32,000 nucleotides of DNA from Planctopirus limnophila DSM 3776 (GTDB lineage: Bacteria > Planctomycetota > Planctomycetia > Planctomycetales > Planctomycetaceae). This document shows positions 24,886 to 32,000 of the stretch, piece by piece (the stretch's first letter is position 1; each line of letters begins with the position of its first letter). The position numbers and the translations under genes are program-made. The notes under the pieces are model-generated. The model was not told the origin of the DNA and did not search any database. It saw only the letters and a list, made by a program, of their open reading frames with translations. The stretch covers positions 5,160,001-5,192,000 of the forward strand of contig NC_014148.1 in assembly GCF_000092105.1 (NCBI RefSeq), in the 5' to 3' direction.

Positions 24886-25119
24886 TGGCCATTGACCTTG
24901 CTCATCGGGTTTTCGGCGACCCAATCACATCGATGACTGGCAGTCAGGCGATGATGAAAAATCGATAAAGTCAGCCAGTGCAGAAACTCCCTGTAGAGAA
25001 CTGTTGAACATCTTGAGCATAATGGGCCGAGTTGATGAAGGCTTTGAAGTGGCCTTTGTCTGACATCGAGCGTTGATGCGAGAAAGCATTTCGCAGGTCT
25101 ATCCGACAGGTTGGCTCCC

Positions 25120-26706
25120 ATGAGTTCTGCAGGCACGCCCCAAGATCCCACTGCTGATTCCGAGAAGACATTCATCGCATCGGATGTCTCTGATGGTGCT
25201 ATGGCAGCTACGAACATTGCGCCTGACACTGTTCTGACTGGGTCAACAGATGCTGGAGAAGGGACAGGGAAGGGTTCATCTCCTGCTGCCCCGCAGCGGA
25301 TTTCTCAGTTGGGCGACTTCCGATTAATTCGCAAGCTTGGTGAAGGGGGCATGGGAGAGGTGTTCCTGGCACATCAGGACAGTCTTGATCGGAAAGCAGC
25401 GATTAAAGTTCTCTCCAAAAAACTTGCTGGCAAAGACGACTTTGTCAAACGGTTCTATCGAGAAGCGCGGGCGATGGCGAAGATCGATCATCCGAATGCC
25501 GTGCGCGTTTATGCCGTTGATCAGGATCATGGTGTGCACTTTGTGGCGATGGAATTCATCGACGGCAAGAGCATGCAGCATTGGATCGAGACTCTGGGCC
25601 GACTCTCTGTTGGTGATGCCGTGCATGTGACATTGCGATGCGCGGAGGCCTTGCAGCATGCCCATGCCATGAACATGGTGCATCGCGATATTAAACCTGA
25701 CAACATCATGCTCACTGCGCGCGGGCAGGTAAAGGTAGCAGATTTTGGCCTCGCCAAAGCCATTGACGATGAAGACAACTCGCTCACACAGAGCGGGACC
25801 GGTCTGGGAACACCGTACTATATGGCTCCCGAGCAGGCGCGCAACGCCAAACATGTGGATGGCCGATGCGATATCTATGCCCTGGGGGTGACGCTCTATC
25901 ACTTTCTTACGGGGAAGCTGCCATTTACTGGCAATACCACCGTCGAACTGATCATGAACAAAGAGCAGGGAAAGTTTCCACCCGCCCGAAAGGCGAATCC
26001 CGAGATCCCGGAAAAACTGGATCTGATCATCGATAAAATGGTGGCTGTCTCACCCGAACAGCGATTCAAGGATTTTGGCGAAGTGATTCGTTATCTGGCG
26101 ATGCTGGGCCTCGAAAGCCCTTCACTCAGCTTTATTCAGGCTCCCGATAAAGTGGTGGCGACAGCCAATACGGCCACTGTCAAAAGTCCTGCTGCCGCCA
26201 CGCGAAGTCTACCTGCAGTACCGAAGTCTTCCGCTGAAGATGCCGCTCAGCAGAAGCAGGCGGCAGCCAAAGAGATCACCTATGCGATTCAGTTCATCGA
26301 TGCTCAAGGGAAACCATCTGCTGCCAAGATGACGGCTCCCGCGATTATCAAAGGGATCAAAGCCGGCATCATTGACCAGCGGGCGAAAGTCAAAAAACCG
26401 GGCGCGACATCCGCCATTCCGATTGCTCAACTTCCAGAGTTTGAAGATGCCATCCAGGCACTTATTGTTCGGCAGGAAGCCGAGAAAAAAGGCCGGGATA
26501 TGAAGTCGCTGTATGCCCAGATTGATCGGCAGGAGCGCTGGCGCAAGTTCACCCGCAAGATTCGAGCGGCCCTTTCAGGTGCCTTGGGCTGGGTCAGTCT
26601 GCTGATCTGGTTGGGATTGATTGCCGGTGCGATTTACGGAGTCTACCTGCTCCTGCCACTCCTCAGGCAGAACATTCCGTTTCTTGAAAAGCTGGGTGGA
26701 AGCTGA
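25120..26706 (+). CDS. Tail-anchored Ser/Thr protein kinase
   Basis: 'LGEGGMGEVFLA', 'AIKVL', 'HRDIKPDNIML', 'DFGLAK', 'GTPYYMAPEQ'. A single C-terminal TM helix is present: 'LGWVSLLIWLGLIAGAIYGVYLLLPLL'. The ATG at 25120 is preferred over the TTG at 25111. Confidence 0.9.
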   Translation: MSSAGTPQDPTADSEKTFIASDVSDGAMAATNIAPDTVLTGSTDAGEGTGKGSSPAAPQRISQLGDFRLIRKLGEGGMGEVFLAHQDSLDRKAAIKVLSKKLAGKDDFVKRFYREARAMAKIDHPNAVRVYAVDQDHGVHFVAMEFIDGKSMQHWIETLGRLSVGDAVHVTLRCAEALQHAHAMNMVHRDIKPDNIMLTARGQVKVADFGLAKAIDDEDNSLTQSGTGLGTPYYMAPEQARNAKHVDGRCDIYALGVTLYHFLTGKLPFTGNTTVELIMNKEQGKFPPARKANPEIPEKLDLIIDKMVAVSPEQRFKDFGEVIRYLAMLGLESPSLSFIQAPDKVVATANTATVKSPAAATRSLPAVPKSSAEDAAQQKQAAAKEITYAIQFIDAQGKPSAAKMTAPAIIKGIKAGIIDQRAKVKKPGATSAIPIAQLPEFEDAIQALIVRQEAEKKGRDMKSLYAQIDRQERWRKFTRKIRAALSGALGWVSLLIWLGLIAGAIYGVYLLLPLLRQNIPFLEKLGGS

Positions 26707-26785
26707 TGAATCCACTCTCATGATGCTGTCAATCAGTGCGTTGGAGAGCCTGACGGATTCTTGAATTTGTCTCGAAAGGCGATTG

Positions 26786-29700
26786 TTACCCAATTGCTGA
26801 ACTGTTCCACCTGGCCTGAGTCGCCAGTACCACCAGCAAAGTACACAGACCTGCCACACCGAGGCCAGCCAGAATGGCAAATAGAGGTGGGAGAGTCAGT
26901 GCTGCAATCGTGAGGATGATAATCAACAGGAGTGTGGTGAGCTGGAGCCAGCGCTGCTTCTTGTCCGGGGTCACAATTGCCACCATCCACGCTGCCAGAA
27001 TGATGGAAGCCAGCAGCCATAACCATCCCCAGAGTGATCCCTTTCTGCCGGAGGGGACAAATTCGAGTGCCAGGCGGGCATCGCCACCGGCTTTCGAGAA
27101 TCGCACGGTCTGGCCACTTTGAGGAAGCTCTGCCACGACGGAAAGTCCTTGTGAAACGGCACCTCGATTGGCAGGTAATTCAAAATCGACCATGCCTCCC
27201 AGGCCACCACCTAAGCCGCCAGTGGCAACACTCGTCCCGCCAGAACTGGCAGCCATTTCAGAGAGGACGAAGAAATCGTCGCGTGCAGACGCGTCGCGGG
27301 CTTTATCCACGCCGAGCTTTGCTCTCTGCAGGCCATCTTCTTCCCACTGAGATGACGTTGACTGAGCTTTGTTTTCTCCCAGAGCACGCTGCTGCAGTGC
27401 AATCGAATCGGCCGCGTTGCGTCTCACGGCTCGACCAAGTTCCACAGCTTGACTTCCTCGATCAAACTCTTGTTTTCGAGCTGCGGAATCTTCTGACGAT
27501 GACAAATAGCGTTCCAGCGATTCGCCCGATTTGGATTTTGCCAGATCCAACTGCTGGCGCTGCTGTGATTCTTCCATACGGTTTCGCACGGCACTGTTCA
27601 AAGAATCGAGTTGCTGATCGTTGAAGGCCTGGTACTGACGGCGGGCATCGAGTTGTTCCCGCGCTTCCTGACGATCTTTCTTCGATGGAGCGGACTCTTG
27701 AACAAACTCGTTTTCCTTGAGTTCGGACTTAAACCAGAAGGCTCCTCCTTGAGAGAAATGATCCGCCTGAGACTGGCTGCGATTATCGGTCAGAATCTGG
27801 AGAGCATTCGACTGCGCCTCGAGAGCACCTTCGGAAGGTTGCCCCAGGATGATGCCGTTGACTGCCAGCCCTGAGACAGTCAGTGACTGGTTTTGAAGGT
27901 TCAGCTTTTCACCTTTTTGCTCGACCTTGCGTTGTAATTCCTGAAGTTGTTTTTGTGTGGCATTCAAACTGGTTTCATACTCATCGACAGCGGCTAAATC
28001 TTTGCCTGAAGCTCGACTGCGGTAGCTGGAACTATCGGAAAGCAACGACTTCAGTGCGATGCCATTTCCCAGGGCCTGTGCCTGAAGTGAGAAATTGGTC
28101 GAATTGTCGGCAATCGAAATCAGATAAGACAGCTCCTGCAGGCGAGCCTGTTGCAGTGATAACTCGGATTGGACCAATGAGGCGGTATTCAGATTGTTGC
28201 GCGTGAGGTCGGCCAGCCCAGTCGCCTGCAGATCGTCGGGAATAGAAACCGCCCAGCGTGTGCGGGAAACCGGAATCCCGAGAGCTTCATCTTTTTCAGG
28301 GCTGATGACTTGTGGGGCCGGAATATCAAGTTGGCGTGTTGTCCATCCGCCACGGGTTGGCAATCGTCCATTCAGCTTACCGGCAATGGTGATCTGCACG
28401 GTAATCGAAAGGTCGGCAGCACTTGTGCGGGGTAAGGCCACCAGTTGCATGATCTGGCCGTCTTTCGAAGATTGCACCGCTCGTGAAGGGGCACCATCGA
28501 TCAAGACCGTGAGGAGTCTGGCTTCCGCAGGAATGACCAGTGGCAGGAACTGACGCGAGCGATTTTTAATCAGGTAAGTGGCACTGGTTCGATAAGTCCC
28601 ATCGCGAGAGAGAATCGTCACCAGATCGGCGAGATTCACACTGGCAGCGGCCAGTCGAGCCTGCGTTAACGCTACCGCTTTCCACTTCAAACTGACACCT
28701 GAGGTTTTCACCCGCAGAAGTTCGGCAGCCCGTTTGATGAGATCATCATTCAGTGCAATACGCAGGTCATCGCGAGTGACGGCATCGGCTTGTTCGGGAG
28801 CTTCGCGAGTCAGCACGCTGCGTGAAGGATTCAGCAAGAGGACATAATGAGCTTGTGGAATCGATTCGACTGATCCTGCGTTGATGCGATCCGCCTCAAT
28901 CGTTTCAAAGCGTAAGCCGGGCGAATGCACCTGGAGGTCACGAAACTCCGTCGTCGCGACAGCGGCCAGCGAAAGGCTGCCCAGTACGGGTGTTCGCAAA
29001 GAAATCGTCCAGTGAGGGCGACCATCTTTCCCTTTGGAAGTAGCAATCGACCGGATTTCAGAACCTGAAAATTCGAGTTTGCCAGCAAACTCAGGGCTCG
29101 CAGAAACCTCAACCACATCGGCAGCAGCACGAGCAATCTGCCAGTTCAAAAGGAGTGAATGAGCAATCGCACCATCAGTCACACTCACGATCGATAACGA
29201 TTCAGCTGCCAGCTGTGGCTCGAGTCTCGACAGAGAAAGCGAAATGGGACGGGTGGTCTGACTTTCTGAAGAAAACGCGAGTTGAGGAGCCTGACCATTT
29301 TTAAGTTGAGTCAACCCGGGAGAGAGGGTGGCGGGATCGATGGATCTCCAGCCTTCCAGGTTGGAAAAATTCGCGGTAATGGCGGAATCTGTCCAGAGAC
29401 CGACTTGTGAACTCAATCGATCCACATCGGTTAACTCGGGAAGTTCCAGAGCCATGGACCAGCGGTTCTGACCATTGCGGCTGAAGGGGACTGCCCCAGC
29501 CAGAAGAATTTCCAGAGTCCCTTCACGCGGCGATTTCCATTCGAGAGTCAACAGGTGCTGGCCTTCTGTGCGGGTTTCGTACCAGTCCTGTAAGCCTGCA
29601 CTTTCGACCCTGAGTGGCTGCCAATCTTTAGGAAGTCGCAACGTCAATGTCGCGCGAGGCACACCCGAGACCTGGGCGATGAGCCGCGTGGTTTGCTGCT

Positions 29701-31978
29701 GGCGTGTGGGAGTCATGAGCACGCCATGCTGAGCCTGGGCGGTGATGCGGGACAGTTGCCTTTGAACCCGCAACTCGAGTGCATAAGGCCTGGCCGAGAA
29801 TCGATAGGCGAACTGTGGAGCGGCAGCCGGGCGACTGACAGGGACTGAGCCACTGAAGCGAGAAGTATCAATTTGTGTCAGTAACTCGGTTTTATTGACT
29901 CGCACGTTGAACTGCCGAGCCGCGAAGACACCTAAGGTTCCCGTTTCATGCGTCACACCGACAGGGATCAACTGTGGTGCTTTCAAAACGGTGGGTTCTT
30001 GCGAGACAGGAAGTTCGAAATAGGCATCGATCGTGAGGCGAGTGGTGTCATCGACATTTCGTCGCAGATAGACCTTCAGCTTTCGCGCGGGGTCTTCGCC
30101 AGAGAGTTCCCAACTGCCGACATCGGGGCCTGTGACCGATTGAATTTTGAGTGCTGGTGGAACCTGAAGATCGAGTTCAATGACACTTCCCTGCCGGATC
30201 AGATACTCAAGCCCGGTGCTCACTTTCAGGCCGCTGTCATCAAACGAGAGAGCGGTCAGTGAATTGAGCGAGACCGTGCGATTGGCCACATTGAGTTCAC
30301 CTTCGGGCTGCCAGGAGATTGAAACCTCGTTGTAAGAGCTGAGTGAGACTTCGACCTTTCGTGGCTGGTCGTTACGGGCGGGCGTCTGCCGGAAGCCTGT
30401 GGTGGCGCCATTGAGCCGGACGAGCAGACCCTCTTTGGGAAGATTCCAGATCAGTTTCCCACCCGTTGAAGGTTCCAGAAGAATTTGGAACTGGCCAGCC
30501 GAGGGGGAAGAATTGCGATCAATAATTGTTTCCAGATCGAGGACATGCAGTCCTTCTCCAGTGATCAGGATTTGCTGCTGCGAATCTTTCGAAACCAGCG
30601 GGGCCGCTTTGCCATCCAGTTCCGCCCGGTTCCAGGCCAATTGTTTGAGCGGTAAAGCCATCAATTGAGGAGCGCTGGTTCTCGACAGATAGACCAGCCT
30701 GGCCTTCAAGCGGACATCGTGTGTCCACTGGCTCTGGGCGGGTGTGGCTTTTTCGTCTGCAGGAGCTGGTTGTGCTGCTTGTGTGGTATCGGGTGCGGAT
30801 TTGACCTGTGGTTTAGGTATGAGATCGACCACTAATGTTGTTTCGGCCAGCCCGCCGGCATGAGGGGCTGCGGCCTTGGGTCGTTTGTCGGGGTTGGCCT
30901 TCAAATACAGTTCGAGGTACTTTTCGTAAGGGATGAAGACCTGCTGACTCCCTTCGAGAATCGCGGGGTCGGTGAGATCACCATTCGCCACCGGAATGAC
31001 TGTCTGATTCACAGGAGGCGATGGGGGAAGAGGAGCCATGGCCTTTTGAGCTTCCTGGTCGATTTTTTGAACTTCTTCCTGTGCTAAAAGCGGAGTGACA
31101 CAGGCTGACCAGAGACATAGCCCGACCACAAGGCTCGCCAGTTGACCAGGGCCAGACCATCGAGTTTTGCAGCAACGTGAGAGGCAACTTGTCAGGCAGA
31201 GATCGATCAGCGAGTACAGCGCGACACCCAGCCACACCATCAGTCCCCCGATCATGGCGGCAAACAAACCATCGAGCCAAAGCTGTGCACTGGCGGGAAG
31301 CACGCCACTTAGGCCAATCACGAGGGGAAGACCAATCCCGAGAATCAGCCATTTGCGTGTGGCAGGAAGTTTACGGCAGAACCACGCGATGAGTGCTCCC
31401 ATGCAGAAGAGCCAGCGTCCCCAGAGTGTGATCTCCTGACGGTCAAGATAGGTCAGTTTCAATGAGGCGACTTCTCCGCCATCGAGGCTTTCACCCGTTC
31501 CGACATAACGAAACTCTCGACTGCGGGTACCGGCGGGTGCCTGCCAGTTCAGAGCCAGAGAGAGCCGGGATGTACCCGACTTTACCCCCCAGGATTGATC
31601 AGCACGACCTGTCAATGTTTCGGCTCCTTCGCCAGCAGTCGCAGGACGTGCATCAGGAGTGGGAGTTGCTGGAGTCTTGCTGTCTGACGTTTGATTGCCT
31701 GCTTCTGCAGGAACCGGCATGCCGGCAGCAACCGGCTGCGGCTGGTTCAAAGCCACGGCAGGATCGGTTACGGTGCCGAAAGGTTCTGTAAGTGCGGGTA
31801 AAGGTGTTTCAGCAGTGGGAGCAGGACCGCTCGGAGGCGCGGCAGGTTTGGCACCCGCCCGCAGCATCTTGCGAGATTCTGCGATCTTCTCGCCAGCCTG
31901 TGCTGGAGCGTCAAAAGCCGGGACTAGAGCATCAATATCCGACATAGGTTTACCGTTACTCTCTTCGAGACGCTGCAT
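26786..31978 (-). CDS. Giant multi-pass membrane protein (at least 1730 aa), function unknown; the N-terminus may extend beyond the window
   Basis: Single uninterrupted ORF. Order of regions: P/A-rich N-terminus; a TM cluster (~aa 185-300); a ~900-aa beta-rich region; coiled-coil and Q/E-rich segments (LQQARLQELSYL..., LNATQKQLQELQRKVEQKGEKL..., QRQQLDLAKSK...); a Gly-rich patch; and a C-terminal TM cluster. The frame stays open upstream of the ATG at 31978 to nt 32000 (…VEPVEKS-M). Confidence 0.85.
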   Translation of the reverse strand: MQRLEESNGKPMSDIDALVPAFDAPAQAGEKIAESRKMLRAGAKPAAPPSGPAPTAETPLPALTEPFGTVTDPAVALNQPQPVAAGMPVPAEAGNQTSDSKTPATPTPDARPATAGEGAETLTGRADQSWGVKSGTSRLSLALNWQAPAGTRSREFRYVGTGESLDGGEVASLKLTYLDRQEITLWGRWLFCMGALIAWFCRKLPATRKWLILGIGLPLVIGLSGVLPASAQLWLDGLFAAMIGGLMVWLGVALYSLIDLCLTSCLSRCCKTRWSGPGQLASLVVGLCLWSACVTPLLAQEEVQKIDQEAQKAMAPLPPSPPVNQTVIPVANGDLTDPAILEGSQQVFIPYEKYLELYLKANPDKRPKAAAPHAGGLAETTLVVDLIPKPQVKSAPDTTQAAQPAPADEKATPAQSQWTHDVRLKARLVYLSRTSAPQLMALPLKQLAWNRAELDGKAAPLVSKDSQQQILITGEGLHVLDLETIIDRNSSPSAGQFQILLEPSTGGKLIWNLPKEGLLVRLNGATTGFRQTPARNDQPRKVEVSLSSYNEVSISWQPEGELNVANRTVSLNSLTALSFDDSGLKVSTGLEYLIRQGSVIELDLQVPPALKIQSVTGPDVGSWELSGEDPARKLKVYLRRNVDDTTRLTIDAYFELPVSQEPTVLKAPQLIPVGVTHETGTLGVFAARQFNVRVNKTELLTQIDTSRFSGSVPVSRPAAAPQFAYRFSARPYALELRVQRQLSRITAQAQHGVLMTPTRQQQTTRLIAQVSGVPRATLTLRLPKDWQPLRVESAGLQDWYETRTEGQHLLTLEWKSPREGTLEILLAGAVPFSRNGQNRWSMALELPELTDVDRLSSQVGLWTDSAITANFSNLEGWRSIDPATLSPGLTQLKNGQAPQLAFSSESQTTRPISLSLSRLEPQLAAESLSIVSVTDGAIAHSLLLNWQIARAAADVVEVSASPEFAGKLEFSGSEIRSIATSKGKDGRPHWTISLRTPVLGSLSLAAVATTEFRDLQVHSPGLRFETIEADRINAGSVESIPQAHYVLLLNPSRSVLTREAPEQADAVTRDDLRIALNDDLIKRAAELLRVKTSGVSLKWKAVALTQARLAAASVNLADLVTILSRDGTYRTSATYLIKNRSRQFLPLVIPAEARLLTVLIDGAPSRAVQSSKDGQIMQLVALPRTSAADLSITVQITIAGKLNGRLPTRGGWTTRQLDIPAPQVISPEKDEALGIPVSRTRWAVSIPDDLQATGLADLTRNNLNTASLVQSELSLQQARLQELSYLISIADNSTNFSLQAQALGNGIALKSLLSDSSSYRSRASGKDLAAVDEYETSLNATQKQLQELQRKVEQKGEKLNLQNQSLTVSGLAVNGIILGQPSEGALEAQSNALQILTDNRSQSQADHFSQGGAFWFKSELKENEFVQESAPSKKDRQEAREQLDARRQYQAFNDQQLDSLNSAVRNRMEESQQRQQLDLAKSKSGESLERYLSSSEDSAARKQEFDRGSQAVELGRAVRRNAADSIALQQRALGENKAQSTSSQWEEDGLQRAKLGVDKARDASARDDFFVLSEMAASSGGTSVATGGLGGGLGGMVDFELPANRGAVSQGLSVVAELPQSGQTVRFSKAGGDARLALEFVPSGRKGSLWGWLWLLASIILAAWMVAIVTPDKKQRWLQLTTLLLIIILTIAALTLPPLFAILAGLGVAGLCTLLVVLATQARWNSSAIG

Positions 31979-32000
31979 CGATTTCTCGACAGGTTCAACA

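Noticed and set aside
42-31791. Many long antisense or alternative-frame ORFs inside confirmed genes (for example 42-566 -, 6903-7544 -, 16381-17097 -, 19567-20208 -, 20302-20991 -, 25324-25902 -, and several plus-strand ORFs inside the giant gene)
   Set aside because: Each lies wholly within a gene that has clear family motifs on the other strand or frame. They have skewed Arg/Ser/Pro-rich composition typical of shadow ORFs.
1-32000. Search for tRNA/rRNA genes, IS elements, integrases, prophage genes, restriction-modification and toxin-antitoxin pairs
   Set aside because: No T-loop/acceptor-type structures appear in intergenic DNA. No transposase or integrase motifs appear in any frame. I could spot no long terminal inverted or direct repeats by eye. 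The window appears to be core chromosome.

Overview
This 32-kb window looks like an ordinary chromosomal region. By inference it comes from a Planctomycetota (Planctomycetaceae-like) genome. The supporting signs are several Hanks-type Ser/Thr kinases, a 'DWPTFRG' PQQ-like beta-propeller, a giant membrane protein, R/G-rich extensions on housekeeping enzymes, and an rsmH gene with no downstream division-and-cell-wall (dcw) genes. I call about 24 protein-coding genes on both strands. Most are housekeeping: rsmH, a UDP-sugar pyrophosphorylase, mnmA, a Trm112-like protein, an RlmI-like methyltransferase, trpF, a DMT/DUF486 membrane protein, an ABC exporter and a rhodanese. I found no rRNA, tRNA, CRISPR array, integrase, transposase, IS-type terminal repeats, restriction-modification genes or recognisable toxin-antitoxin pair, so nothing marks a mobile or defence island. 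Family calls come from motifs I recognise in the translations, not from database searches. The least conventional stretch is roughly 21.6-32 kb. It holds an eRF1-like (baeRF-type) protein, a lone small lipoprotein flanked by about 340-400 bp of non-coding DNA on each side, and a FliN/SpoA-domain protein followed by a tail-anchored Ser/Thr kinase. A giant membrane protein of at least 1730 aa converges on the kinase; its two ends look like duplicated 'beta-module + TM hairpin' units. Other points worth a second look: an orphan HerA/YjgR-like ATPase with a coiled-coil tail; an in-frame 4 x 15-bp tandem repeat inside a PNPOx-like gene; a secreted Gly/Tyr/Arg-rich mini-protein with a sigma-54-like promoter and a strong terminator; a kinase fused to a degenerate receiver domain; and an ABC exporter with a long N-terminal cytoplasmic extension. 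I cannot point to a clearly novel multi-gene system. The candidates are reported with moderate interest scores. The ORF track prints M for GTG/TTG starts, and where possible I chose ATG starts with better context.
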